Part shown: in pieces, positions 29,018 through 38,723 of the stretch
Layout of the letters: each line of letters begins with the position of its first letter
Position numbering within the stretch: position 1 is the first letter of the stretch
Source of the DNA: Truepera sp.
GTDB taxonomy: Bacteria > Deinococcota > Deinococci > Deinococcales > Trueperaceae
Length of the DNA: 64,000 nt
Direction of reading: 5' to 3'
NCBI GenBank assembly: GCA_965218435.1
Contig: CBDCKW010000009.1
Coordinates: 3,872,001 to 3,936,000, forward strand
Notes under the pieces: model-generated
Told to the model about the DNA's origin: nothing
The model's database searches: none
Seen by the model: the letters and a program-made list of their open reading frames with translations, nothing else
Made by a program: the position numbers and the translations under genes

Positions 29018-29505
29018 CGAGTCTGGTAAACGGTATCATCATCGTTTTGGGTGCGCCTAACGACGCCTCGGGGAACTTGTCGAGCATCGCCGTAGAAAGG
29101 TGTCTGGAAGCCGCCGCAGTTTATCGGCGTCAGACCGGATTTAGGGTCTTACCAACGGGCGGGTTTGGCGACTTTAACCCAGCAAACAAGCCGCACGCAC
29201 ACTACACCCGCAGCTTTTTGTTGGCGCTGGGCGTCTCTGCCGAGGATATTTTAGAACCTGCACTAAGTCGGTTTACGCTCGAGGACGCTACCCTTTCTCA
29301 ACCTGTCGTGGTTCAGCATAGCGTCAAAGACCTTATCGTTGTGACCTCGGACTTTCACCGTAAAAGAGTTGAGCTGATTTTTAGGCGAACGTTTGCGGGC
29401 TACAATTTGTCGTTTAAAGGTAGCAAAACAAACTTGCCCCGAACAGAACTCAGCGCCCTACTTCACCATGAAGAAAAAGCTATCGCCCGGTTAGAGTGCC
29501 GCTGA
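29014..29505 (+). CDS. YdcF/DUF218 family protein
   Basis: IIVLG, LPTGG, E..S..TLEDA and IVVTSDFH. Confidence 0.85.
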   Translation: MTSLVNGIIIVLGAPNDASGNLSSIAVERCLEAAAVYRRQTGFRVLPTGGFGDFNPANKPHAHYTRSFLLALGVSAEDILEPALSRFTLEDATLSQPVVVQHSVKDLIVVTSDFHRKRVELIFRRTFAGYNLSFKGSKTNLPRTELSALLHHEEKAIARLECR

Positions 29506-29523
29506 GGTCTCTTTCTCTAAAGT

Positions 29524-29781
29524 TTACACTGCTGCAACGCGTGGTTCAGCCCGCCCACCCGGTACCAGTGGTAGCCGTGTGCCCCTGGTACAATCCGGTG
29601 AACGTCCCCTTGCCTCGCTCGGCTCAGTTAAGTTGACCAATACTTCACTCCCCGGCCCGTCTAGTTTGAAATCAAGCTCGAGCGGTTCCCCTGCAAAGTT
29701 GTGCAAAGTAATTGGGGCGTTCAAGGTCTCCAAGTCGAGGCTGTAAGTCACGGCGTTTTTGTACCGGAGGTCTCGGGTCAT
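29524..29781 (-). CDS. Short hypothetical protein or gene remnant
   Basis: 85-aa ATG ORF filling the intergenic gap; no motif recognised. Confidence 0.3.
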   Translation of the reverse strand: MTRDLRYKNAVTYSLDLETLNAPITLHNFAGEPLELDFKLDGPGSEVLVNLTEPSEARGRSPDCTRGTRLPLVPGGRAEPRVAAV

Positions 29782-29868
29782 GAGGTATTCGTTTCGGGTT
29801 GTACCTTTTGACTTGGGGTTCGCTACCTTTTTGGAGAGGGCAGGCTGATATATCCGCTTTGGTAAAAG

Positions 29869-30825
29869 CTAACGTATTAGGCGGCCTTGATCCCCCCCAA
29901 GTAGCTGCTCCAATTCTGTTCTCGAGGTACTCACCATATCGCCGTGCTGGGAGAGTGCCAGAGCTGCTAACACGGTGCCGCGTCTCATCCCCTCAACAAT
30001 ATCCCCGTCTAAAAAACCGTCGATCACGCCCGCCGTAAACGCGTCGCCTGCGCCGAGGCGGTCTATGATCTCAGCAGCCCCGGCGCTGACTTGAATCAGC
30101 TCTCCGCCAACCAGCGTCGCTGAACCCGCGCCCGAACGGGTGAGCACCACGTGCGCCGCGCCCGAGAGGTCGTGTAGCTGCTGCAGCGTAGCCTTGGGGG
30201 AGCCTGAAATACCGAACACTGTATGTGCGTCACCCTCACCGCAGATGAGAATGTCAACATTTTTTAAGACAGGCGTCAGTTTTTCCCTGGCAGTTTCCGC
30301 CGACCAGAGTTTGCTGCGGTAGTTCACATCGAAGCTCGTCGTGATATCTTTGTCTCTCGCCTGTTCACAAGCCTCTTGCACAACGTCGTAACAGCCCTGA
30401 CTCAGCGCCGCCGTAATACCCGTCAGGTGAAGCACGCGGGTATCGAGGAGATAGTTCCAGTCCACGTCTTTGGGGGTCAAGGTGCTGACGGCGGCGTCGG
30501 CCCGGTCGTAAATCACGTGAACGGCGCGCGGCGGGGCGGCAAACTCTACATAATAGGTGCCTACCCTGCCCGCTTTAAGCACCACGGCGCGGCTGTCAAT
30601 GCGGGCCGCCGCCAGTTCGCGCAAGATAAACCCGCCCAGGTCATCCTCCGGTAAGGCGCTCACCCAGCCGCAACTCCGACCGAGCGCGCTCAGCGCCCCC
30701 AACACGTTGGTCTCAGCGCCCCCGGCGTGAACATCTAGTTGCTGCATTTTGGTCAAGCGGTGTCCGGGGGGCGTGCTCAGGCGGAGCATCGTTTCACCAA
30801 AGGCTGTCACTTCAAAGCTGGGCAC
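29869..30825 (-). CDS. kdgK: PfkB-family sugar kinase, probable 2-dehydro-3-deoxygluconokinase
   Basis: FGETMLRL, GGAETNV, SFDVNYR.KLW and DRLGAGDAF; coupled to eda. Confidence 0.85.
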   Translation of the reverse strand: MPSFEVTAFGETMLRLSTPPGHRLTKMQQLDVHAGGAETNVLGALSALGRSCGWVSALPEDDLGGFILRELAAARIDSRAVVLKAGRVGTYYVEFAAPPRAVHVIYDRADAAVSTLTPKDVDWNYLLDTRVLHLTGITAALSQGCYDVVQEACEQARDKDITTSFDVNYRSKLWSAETAREKLTPVLKNVDILICGEGDAHTVFGISGSPKATLQQLHDLSGAAHVVLTRSGAGSATLVGGELIQVSAGAAEIIDRLGAGDAFTAGVIDGFLDGDIVEGMRRGTVLAALALSQHGDMVSTSRTELEQLLGGDQGRLIR

Positions 30826-31492
30826 TGGAAACCTGGGTGCCGGGAACTTGGGTACCGGCCCTCGCTTCTGCGAGTGTACGAGTCAGCACCGTAGCGCGTC
30901 CCTTCAGCGCGCCCAGCTCTTCGGGCGTGATGGCGACGTTTTGGACGAGCGCACTCCCGACGCCGAACGCAACTGCTCCGGCCCGGTGAAAGTCGGTGAT
31001 GGTTTTAGCGGTGACGCCGCCTGTAGGGATAAAGTCAATGTGCTCCAAGGGTGCCCGCAGAGCTTTGAGATAAGCGGGACCGCCTGTGTCGGCAGGAAAG
31101 AGCTTAACTGTGCTGCAGCCTGCCGCAAACGCCGCTTGCGCTTCAGAAGCCGTAAAGACACCCGGCAGGAGTAGCACATTTTGCTGCGCCGCCACCCTTA
31201 CTGAAGGCAGGTCTAAGCAGGGCGCGATTAAAAATGACGCGCCCGCGTCTACCGCTTTTGTCACGTCCTCAGCTGCCCTAACGGTGCCCGCGCCGACGAG
31301 TAGGTCAGGGCCGAACTGACGCTGCAACTCGGGGATGGCCGTGAGTGCGTGGGCGCTGTTGAGCGTTACCTCGGCAATTCTGACGCCGCCCGCGAGCAGA
31401 GCTTCGGCAAGCTGCAGGGTCTCTTTGACGCTAAACGTGCCCCGAATGATGCTGATCAGCCCGTCTTCGTAGAGTTGGTGTTTGACTTGCAT
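30812..31492 (-). CDS. eda: KDPG/KHG aldolase
   Basis: AEVT, VGAGTV, VKLFPA and PTGGV; probable start at ATG 31492. Confidence 0.9.
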   Translation of the reverse strand: MQVKHQLYEDGLISIIRGTFSVKETLQLAEALLAGGVRIAEVTLNSAHALTAIPELQRQFGPDLLVGAGTVRAAEDVTKAVDAGASFLIAPCLDLPSVRVAAQQNVLLLPGVFTASEAQAAFAAGCSTVKLFPADTGGPAYLKALRAPLEHIDFIPTGGVTAKTITDFHRAGAVAFGVGSALVQNVAITPEELGALKGRATVLTRTLAEARAGTQVPGTQVSSAQL

Positions 31493-31687
31493 CTGTACTC
31501 CGTTCTCAAACTTGTCTGAACGCTGGGCCTCGAGCTTGCCCAGAATCACGATCACATCACCTGCGGCAACGCGTCTGCGCATAACGCTAGGTTCTATGTT
31601 TCGAGGCTCTTTATCCGGTTCTTTGTCTTTTCACTGTACGGTTATCATAAACTCCTTACAACCTGAAGGCAAAGCAGTACACGCTAA

Positions 31688-31718
31688 AAGTGCAGCCCCA
31701 AGTATTCGGGCTGCACTT
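31688..31718. terminator. Intrinsic terminator hairpin downstream of tRNA-Lys
   Basis: AAGTGCAGCCC-loop-GGGCTGCACTT; T tract on the minus strand. Confidence 0.7.
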
Positions 31719-31744
31719 AATTTGTACCTCTCTAACCGTTTCCT

Positions 31745-31820
<76 letters not shown>

Positions 31821-31883
31821 AAGGCTTACAGCTTACTGTTTGTGCCTCCGGTCGAGTGTCGGCTGCAGTCCGGTATTAGGGTT

Positions 31884-33452
31884 TTACAGCTCGAGCCGCC
31901 GCTCAGTCGTCCGCTCTAACAAATACGCGTCATGAGAGACCAGCAGAAGCGTGCCGGGAAAGTCTGTTAGGGCGGCCTCGAGCATCTCTACACTGACGTA
32001 GTCTAAGTGCGTCGTCGGTTCGTCTAAGACAAGCACGTTGGGACGCGCCAAGATAAGCTGCGCGAGCCGAACTTTGCGTTTTTGCCCCTCGCTGAGCGCC
32101 GCTAAAGGTTGCGCGAACGCTTCGCCGGAGACGCCGAGTGCGCCCAACAAGATGCGGGCAGGGGGTCCGTCAGCCTCGGTAAACTGAGTTCTTAGAGGTT
32201 CGGCGTCGTGGGCGCTGTCGTAGCGTTGCGGCAAATAGCCGATCACTGCGTCCTTATCCCAAGTGACGCGACCTGTGCTCTCTAAACCTAAAAGCGTACG
32301 CAGCAAGGTCGTTTTGCCTGCGCCGTTGGCCCCGGCTAGCGCCCACCGTTCGCCGTACGCCAAGTTGAGCGAAACTTTCTTGTTAAGAACAGATACGTCC
32401 TCAACGCTCAAGCACACCCCGGCGGGTAGCTCAGGCGGTTCAAACGCCACCGCGTAACGTTTTTCAACCCACGGTTTGCTCTCTTCGAGGTCTTCAATCC
32501 GCCCCTGCAACCGCGCTTTGGCCTGCAGCCCGCGCCGCATCAAGCGGGCCGCTCTCGCTCCGACAAATCCTTTATCAACCGGCCCTTCGGATTTGACCCG
32601 AGACTTTTCTTTTTCTTTACGTGCGCCCCACACCTTATAGGTGCGCTCCTGCTCTTTGAGTCCTACAATCTCGCGCTTTAACTTGTCACTTTTTTTGACC
32701 TTTGCCGCGTACTCGGTTTCTTTTTGTGCCCAAAAGCTCGAGTAATTGCCCCGGTAGCGCCTCAAGGTGCCGCGTTCCAGCTCGAGCACACCGTCTACCG
32801 TCTCGTCTAAAAACCGCCGGTCGTGCGAGACGATCAGGCACGCAGCTTCCGTCTCCCGGATTTTGCGGGTCAGATACGCCGTGGCGCGTTCGTCGAGATA
32901 ATTGGTCGGTTCGTCGAGCAGATAAAGTGCTTGCGGGCGGGCCAACGCTGCGGCGAGGCGCAGAAGCCGCCGTTCACCCCCGGAAAGCTCAGACAGCGGG
33001 CGTTCTAAGAGGTCGGGAGCGTAACCGAGTGCGCCGAGTTCAGCTTGCAGGGACGCCTCCAAGTCGTACCCGCCCAGTTCAGCAAAGTCGGTGAGCAGTT
33101 CGGCGTAACGGAGCGGGTCGGGAACCCCGGCGGCCTCGAGCCGGGACAGCTCTACCCGTAGTGGCCCGAGGTCGGGATAAGTTGCTAAAGCGGCGTCTAA
33201 AACGGTTTGCCGACCCGTCAGCGCGTCCTCTTGCTGCAGGTAAAGTGATTCGGCGTGCGCAGTCAGCTGTCCGGTTTGTAGAGGTAGGGTGCCGGATAAA
33301 AGCTCCAATAAGGTGGTTTTACCCGAGCCGTTGACGCCTAAAAGCGCCACGTGGTCGCCCGCGTAAAGGGTCAGCTCGAGCCCTACAAACAGCGGCTCGG
33401 GTTGCGCGGGGTAGCGGTAAGCAAGGCCGGAAGCCTGGAGGATCAGAGACAC
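31884..33452 (-). CDS. ABC-F family ATPase, Lsa-like (ribosome protection candidate)
   Basis: Two ABC domains (GVNGSGKT/LSGGE/LLDEPTN; GANGAGKT/LSEGQ/LDEPTT), no TM; linker contains DKGFVGARAARLM; GTG start at 33452. Confidence 0.9.
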   Translation of the reverse strand: MSLILQASGLAYRYPAQPEPLFVGLELTLYAGDHVALLGVNGSGKTTLLELLSGTLPLQTGQLTAHAESLYLQQEDALTGRQTVLDAALATYPDLGPLRVELSRLEAAGVPDPLRYAELLTDFAELGGYDLEASLQAELGALGYAPDLLERPLSELSGGERRLLRLAAALARPQALYLLDEPTNYLDERATAYLTRKIRETEAACLIVSHDRRFLDETVDGVLELERGTLRRYRGNYSSFWAQKETEYAAKVKKSDKLKREIVGLKEQERTYKVWGARKEKEKSRVKSEGPVDKGFVGARAARLMRRGLQAKARLQGRIEDLEESKPWVEKRYAVAFEPPELPAGVCLSVEDVSVLNKKVSLNLAYGERWALAGANGAGKTTLLRTLLGLESTGRVTWDKDAVIGYLPQRYDSAHDAEPLRTQFTEADGPPARILLGALGVSGEAFAQPLAALSEGQKRKVRLAQLILARPNVLVLDEPTTHLDYVSVEMLEAALTDFPGTLLLVSHDAYLLERTTERRLEL

Positions 33453-33456
33453 AAAA

Positions 33457-33569
33457 AACCTCTTCCATACACAAGAAAACGGTGCTTGCATTTGCAGCAA
33501 GCCGGGACTATCTGGGTAGGAAAAGGTTAGTCGCGCATAAAAGCCGAACGGGTCGGCGGGGTCAGTATA
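33457..33569 (-). promoter_or_regulatory. Putative attenuator leader of the ABC-F gene (uORF MRD, anti-SD, hairpin)
   Basis: TATACT at 33564-33569; ATG CGC GAC TAA at 33538-33527; AACCTTTTCCTAC can pair with GTATGGAAGAGGTT covering the SD; a GCTTGC/GCAAGC hairpin followed by TTTT lies between them. Confidence 0.6.
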
Positions 33570-33693
33570 GCAAATTTGTCGGCCGTAACGTATTGACAGC
33601 CGCTTTTATCTTTGTCTTCTGAGCCGTAAGGAACGTTATAGCTCCTAAACTACCGACTTCTAAATCCTCTATTCTGCATTCTTACTTCTTCTA

Positions 33694-33833
33694 TAAATGT
33701 TCTGCGTAATAAGCCCACAAAGTATGTTTTACAGCGTGCTGAACAGCAAAAATTTGCTTGTGAGGCTCGAGGGGTTAGCTGTCTTGTCCTGAACGAAGAT
33801 AGCCGTTTTTCTCACTATTTCGCAGAAGATTTA
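33694..33833. mobile_element. MITE (about 140 bp) related to the IS5/ISL2 element at 51.2-52.2 kb
   Basis: Ends TAAATGTTCTGCGTAATAA and CTATTTCGCAGAAGATTTA match that IS's ends TAAATCATCTGCGAAATAA and CTATTTCGCAGATGATTTA. Confidence 0.75.
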
Positions 33834-33881
33834 ATGTGACCCATTGCAAACGCTACCAACTAGAACAGCGGCGGCACCTAG

Positions 33882-35034
33882 CAGGGCTTACGCATGTAGA
33901 GACAGTGTCCTAGCATAAGGGATGGTTGAAGAAGAGCTACCAAAGTTACTAGCACATTTTACTGTTGTGCCTAATCCAAGAGCGCATAACGTTTGCCATA
34001 AGCTTGAAGACATCTTGGTCATTGCTATCTGCGCGGTTATCTGCGGTGCCGACTCGTTTACCGAGGTTGAACAGTACGCTCAGGGCAACCGAGCATGGCT
34101 AAAGACCTTTTTAGAACTCTCTAATGGCGTTCCGAGTCATGACACCTTTAGACGGGCGTTTATGCTGCTCGACGCTCAAGCATGGCAAGGTGTGTTTTTC
34201 AATTGGACGCGCAAGCTGGCGCTGGCAGAAACGACGAGTCCAACAGAAGTGCGAGCGGTAGGCGGTAAATGGTCACGTTCAAGTGGCTTACATTTCCCGA
34301 AGGACCGAGCGAAGCGTACGGTAAGCGTCTGGGCAAGTGAGCAGCACGTGGTCTTAGCCTAACAGCAAGTAGCTGACAAAACCAATGAAATCACAGTTAT
34401 GCCTGAGCTTTTAGAAGTCCTCGACCTTGCTGGTACCACTGTGACCATAGACGCTGCTGGCACGCAAAAGCAGATTGCCTGGGTGATTCGGGAACATCAT
34501 GCCGACTCTGTGCTGGCACTTAAAGCCAATCACAAGCACCTGTTCGACGATGTTCAGTGGTTGTTTGCCCAGCATAGCGACCTACCGCACTGGTCTACCA
34601 GCAGCAAGGGTCATGGACGTACAGAGACCAGAGACACGTGGCTACTTACTGATCTTAGCTTCTTGGAAAACGTTGCCGCTTGGCGTGACCTTGCAGGGGT
34701 TGCACGCATCAGGAGTACACGGGAGATTAGAGGAGAAGTTACTGTGCATGACCGTTATCTTACCAGTTTGACCGACGCTGAAACCCTCGCTTATGCGGTG
34801 CGTTCACATTGGGGCATTGAAAACAGTCTGCACTGGACTCTCGACGTCGCGTTTAGCGAAGACTAGAGCAGAGCTAGAACCCAGCACGCCCAAGCAAACC
34901 TCGTCACCCTACGGCATCTGGCCTTGAATCAACTTAAACAAGAAAAAACCTTGAAAGCCAGCGTTAAAGCTAAACGCATGAGAGCAGGTTGGGATGACGA
35001 CTATTTGCTTAAAGTTCTATATGCGTAAGCCCTG
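33882..35034 (+). mobile_element. ISAs1-family insertion sequence (decayed)
   Basis: 19-bp IRs CAGGGCTTACGCATGTAGA / TCTATATGCGTAAGCCCTG (1 mismatch); 10-bp flanking repeat CGGCACCTAG / CAGCACCTAG. Confidence 0.92.
33922..35028 (+). pseudogene. ISAs1 transposase pseudogene
   Basis: PSHDTF, NEITVMPELL, TIDAAGTQK and RSHWGIENSLHWTLDVAF; in-frame stops at 34360 and 34864; the first catalytic DGK reads GGK. Confidence 0.9.
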
Positions 35035-35040
35035 CAGCAC

Positions 35041-35346
35041 CTAGTATTCCGGCGGCACATAGACGTTGAGTGTCTCGAGCGGTCCCTCGCCGGTATTACG
35101 GATTTCGTGGGTTTCACCTGCTTCGATCACGGTAAGCGAGTGCGGTTTAAGTTCTGCGTGCTGACCGGCAACCGTGGCCTCACCGGAGCCGGAAACGACA
35201 AACAGCCACTGGGCGCTGCTTTCGTGAACGTTGTCGTCACCGCCGACGGTTTCACCTGGAGCGAGGGTCATCACAGCGACTTGAGCGTATTCGGTAGCTA
35301 GGCACACTTTGAAAGCATAGTTGAACTCGAGCTGGGTCTGTTTCAT
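35041..35346 (-). CDS. Small cupin domain protein
   Basis: QVAVMTLAPG, NVHE..QWLFV, IEAGETHEIRNTG and LNVYVPPEY. Confidence 0.85.
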   Translation of the reverse strand: MKQTQLEFNYAFKVCLATEYAQVAVMTLAPGETVGGDDNVHESSAQWLFVVSGSGEATVAGQHAELKPHSLTVIEAGETHEIRNTGEGPLETLNVYVPPEY

Positions 35347-35719
35347 CCCTTTAGTGTAAGGGCTCGGTTCGGTCTAGGTTTAGAGCATAAATTACCCAAA
35401 TCAGCTGTACAAAGCTACCCAAGTGCTTAAAAGTTGTTAACTTAACACTGCTGGCAAAAGCTAATTTTTTCACGCGAGTAGGGCCGAAAACTTCACGTTC
35501 GGTGTGTTTTGTAGGCTCTAAAGTAGCGTCATGACGCTCCTCCCAGATGTGCCTGTGGTCGTGGTCATCGTTCACGTCGCTGCGCTCGCCGCGCTCCTGA
35601 CCCACGCAGTTGTAACGAGTTGGCAGCGCCTCACGCTGCTCCGGCAAAACGGTACGGATTCGCAAGATTCTCTGAAGTAGCGTGACAAGCTTACAAAGCC
35701 GGCTCAGACCTACACTATG

Positions 35720-35752
35720 AAAAGCGCCCCGGTTACGAGCGGGACGCTTTTT
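35720..35752. terminator. Bidirectional intrinsic terminator downstream of the tRNA-Gln pair
   Basis: AAAAGCGCCCCG-loop-CGGGACGCTTTTT. Confidence 0.7.
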
Positions 35753-35779
35753 AACTTGCCGTGCTAGACGACCCTGTTG

Positions 35780-35853
35780 TGGCTGGGGCGTAGGGACTCG
35801 AACCCCAATTAACGGAACCAAAATCCGCGGTCCTGCCGTTAGACGACGCCCCA
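35780..35853 (-). tRNA. tRNA-Gln(TTG)
   Basis: TGGGGCGTCGTCTAACGG...GCGGATTTTGGTTCCGT...GGTTCGAG...GCCA. Confidence 0.95.
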
Positions 35854-35866
35854 ATGGGGTTTGGGC

Positions 35867-35940
35867 TGGCTGGGGTGTAGGGACTCGAACCCCAATTGAC
35901 GGAACCAGAATCCGCAGTCCTGCCGTTAGACGACACCCCA
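35867..35940 (-). tRNA. tRNA-Gln(CTG)
   Basis: TGGGGTGTCGTCTAACGG...GCGGATTCTGGTTCCGT...GGTTCGAG...GCCA. Confidence 0.95.
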
Positions 35941-35981
35941 CCAAACGCAAAGGTTATCTTATAAAGCTTGGTCTAAGGCTG

Positions 35982-36677
35982 TCAACTCTGTTCGACGTCA
36001 AGCACGACTTTGACGTTGCCCTTACGTGTCTCGCCCTGCACTTCTAAAACTGAAAAACGCCCCAGCCCTTCGGCGTACACCTCGTCACCGAGGGCGGCGC
36101 TGCTCGACTTTCCGGCGGGGCGACCGTTCAGTGAGACGCGGCCCCCGGCGATCCCTTTGGCAAAGTAGGCCCTCGATACCCGAAACGCCTTTGCGCCCAG
36201 CACGTCAACCCTAAGAGACGGCACGATGACCTGTTGCTGGCGCTCCCGCCCCCGGGCGAGCCTCGAGAGCTCGACCTCTTGCACCGTAACGGGCCTTCCG
36301 CCGACGTGGGTGAGCTTTAACGCTGCAGCTTTAGCCCCAGGTAAAACGACGACGCTGAGGCCGTCTTGATGCGGCAGCACGTCGCCAATCTGGTCTTTGT
36401 CTACCTCGGCCGCCCGAAGCGCCGCGAGCAGGTCGCCTTCGCTCGGTGCGCCGTTTACATAAAGTGCCGCAAGAGGCGTCGTCGCCCCCGGAATGTGCTC
36501 CGGGTAAGCGGTCAGCACGCGCCTTTGGGCTCCGGTGACGCCGCCCTCGGCTTGGCTGTTGACCCCGGCGTCTCGCAGCCGTGCCCCGAGTTGCGCGGCG
36601 GCGTCAGGGTCTAAAAAGGTCGTGTGCGCGACGCGGCCCCCGCGCACGGCGGCTTGTAAACGTTCAAAGTCCGTCAC
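35982..36677 (-). CDS. YlmH/Sll1252-like S4-domain RNA-binding protein
   Basis: TFLDP N-terminus; SLRVD.L....F.VSR S4 motif; GLGRF...GET.KG. Confidence 0.85.
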   Translation of the reverse strand: MTDFERLQAAVRGGRVAHTTFLDPDAAAQLGARLRDAGVNSQAEGGVTGAQRRVLTAYPEHIPGATTPLAALYVNGAPSEGDLLAALRAAEVDKDQIGDVLPHQDGLSVVVLPGAKAAALKLTHVGGRPVTVQEVELSRLARGRERQQQVIVPSLRVDVLGAKAFRVSRAYFAKGIAGGRVSLNGRPAGKSSSAALGDEVYAEGLGRFSVLEVQGETRKGNVKVVLDVEQS

Positions 36678-37333
36678 GCGCCTTCGCCCGTATCTTTATC
36701 GTCATAACGGATGTCTTTGACCTCGAGCCCCGCTTCTTTAAGCCGCTCGGGAAACTCCGCTGACCCGTCACCGATAACACGCAGTACGAGTTCGCGGTGA
36801 CTGCCCGCCTGCACCCCGGCGGTGACGACTGCGATGATGTTCGACGGCGTAGCCGCGCTCGCCGCCCGCGCCAACACCCCCGGTTCATCGGGCAAACTCA
36901 CTGTGACGCGGGTGCCGCCCTCGCGCAGCCCCAACATCGCTACAAACGCCCGGAGCAGGTCGGTAATCGTAAGCATCCCGGTAAGCTTGCCCCCGTCAAC
37001 GACCGGCAACCCCGAAATCTTGTGCTCTTCCATCAATAAGGACGCCTGCTCTACGGGGTCGTGAGGGGAAACTGTCACGACCGGTTTGGTCATCACCTCA
37101 CGGACGACGAGCTTGCTGAGCAGGTAGTTGAGTTCGTAAACCGACAGGGTATTGGCCGACGACGGCGTGGCGTTTTTGAGGTCGCGGTCGGTCACAATAC
37201 CGACCAAGCGGTTCCCGTCTACGACCGGCAAGCGGCGATACCCGCCTTTACGCAAGAGCTGCATCGCCTCCATCACCGGGGTTTTGCTGCTGACGCTTTG
37301 CGGCGTCGGGGTCATCCACTGGGCTACGAGCAT
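36674..37333 (-). CDS. CBS + ACT domain protein (AcuB-like)
   Basis: Two CBS domains (LPVVDG..LVGIVTDRD) and the ACT start DEPGVLA. Confidence 0.9.
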   Translation of the reverse strand: MLVAQWMTPTPQSVSSKTPVMEAMQLLRKGGYRRLPVVDGNRLVGIVTDRDLKNATPSSANTLSVYELNYLLSKLVVREVMTKPVVTVSPHDPVEQASLLMEEHKISGLPVVDGGKLTGMLTITDLLRAFVAMLGLREGGTRVTVSLPDEPGVLARAASAATPSNIIAVVTAGVQAGSHRELVLRVIGDGSAEFPERLKEAGLEVKDIRYDDKDTGEGA

Positions 37334-37477
37334 AAGGTTGCTTTCATAAGGTTACTTGCATAGGGTCACTCGAGCTGTTATAGGTAGGGTCATAAACGTC
37401 CAATTCTACCGAATAACGTCTCCGGCGTGGGCGGTTGGCGATTGCGTCTCTCTATGCATAAGGGTAAGAATGACCGG

Positions 37478-38596
37478 GTGAGCAGACGTATTACAGTTTT
37501 AGGTTCAACCGGGTCTATCGGGACGCAGGCGCTCGAGGTCGCACAGTGGCGCGGGTTTGAGGTCGTCGGGCTGGCCGCAGGAAAAAATGTCGAGGTTTTG
37601 CTGGGGCAAGTCCGCACCTTTAGGCCGCAGCTCGTCTCGTGCGACGCCGAGGTCGCTGAACAGGTTCGCGCCGGTCTCCCGGCAGGAACGAAGCTCGTCA
37701 CCGACGCGGCGGAAGTGGCTGCCCTAGACGCTGATACGGTGGTGAGCGCCATCCCAGGGTTTGCCGGACTGGAGCCGACACTCGCGGCACTCCGGGCGGG
37801 TCGGCACGTCGCCTTAGCCAACAAAGAAGCGATGGTCGTCGCAGGGCCGCTCGTCTGGGAGGTCGCTAGAACCCACGGCGCAGAGCTTACGCCGGTGGAC
37901 TCGGAACTCTCAGCACTCTTTCAGTGTCTACAAGGTGAACCGCGTGAAGGGGTCGCGGCGCTCGTTTTAACCGCGTCGGGTGGCCCCTTTCGCCTCGGCC
38001 CCGAAGACCTCTCTAGCGTTACGCCCGAACAGGCGCTCCAACACCCCAACTGGGCGATGGGGCCGAAAGTCACGATAGACTCGGCGACGCTGTTTAACAA
38101 AGGGCTCGAGGTTTTAGAGTCGCACTTCTTCTTCGAGTTGCCCTTAGCGCAGATTGAAGTTGTCATCCACCCGCAATCTTTGGTTCACAGCCTGGTGCGG
38201 TTTAAGGACGGTAACCTCAAGGCGCAGATTGGCCCGCACGATATGCGGCTCCCGCTTCAGGTGGCGCTCACCGTCCCTGAACGCGCTAAGACGCCACTCG
38301 AGCCCCTGCTCTTAACCGGCACCTGGGAGTTTTTTGCGCCGGACCTCGCGCGGTTTCCGAGTCTCGAGCTGGCCTACGAAGCCGGGCGGCTCGGCGGTAC
38401 AGCTCCGGCGGTGCTGAACGCTGCGGATGAGGTGGCAGTAGACGCGTTTATGGCGGGACGGATTGGCTTTATGGATATTCCGAGGGCGCTCGAGTACGCC
38501 CTTGAGCACGCCCCACGCGCCAGCCTCAGTTGGGACGCGATCCCCGACGCCGACGCCGACGCTCGCCGTGTGGTGAGAGAACGGTTTAGGTTGTAA
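37478..38596 (+). CDS. dxr: 1-deoxy-D-xylulose 5-phosphate reductoisomerase
   Basis: [40 protein letters not shown] and LNAADE. Confidence 0.96.
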   Translation: MSRRITVLGSTGSIGTQALEVAQWRGFEVVGLAAGKNVEVLLGQVRTFRPQLVSCDAEVAEQVRAGLPAGTKLVTDAAEVAALDADTVVSAIPGFAGLEPTLAALRAGRHVALANKEAMVVAGPLVWEVARTHGAELTPVDSELSALFQCLQGEPREGVAALVLTASGGPFRLGPEDLSSVTPEQALQHPNWAMGPKVTIDSATLFNKGLEVLESHFFFELPLAQIEVVIHPQSLVHSLVRFKDGNLKAQIGPHDMRLPLQVALTVPERAKTPLEPLLLTGTWEFFAPDLARFPSLELAYEAGRLGGTAPAVLNAADEVAVDAFMAGRIGFMDIPRALEYALEHAPRASLSWDAIPDADADARRVVRERFRL

Positions 38597-38723
38597 GCAC
38601 TATAAGTTGTAAGCACCATATCTGACAGGCTTTTTGGCATTCAGCTGGCATACTTATAGCTATGAAACTTACACGTTCGGTTACTATCTCGCTCGAGATT
38701 TCAGCGACTCGGCAGATTCACCT

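Noticed and set aside
31493..31650. Extension of eda resembling a TrkA-C remnant (AGDVIVILG)
   Set aside because: Too short and interrupted to support a call.
35379..35522. AT-rich 144-bp segment with an 8-bp IR (TTTAGAGC/GCTCTAAA)
   Set aside because: Possibly a decayed MITE, but the IR is too short and it has no partner in the window.
35780..35940. tRNA-Gln duplication as an attL/attR scar
   Set aside because: Both copies are full length with different anticodons, i.e. a normal isoacceptor pair.
35351..35950. 199-aa ORF with an internal repeat
   Set aside because: The repeat is the translation of the two tRNA-Gln genes.
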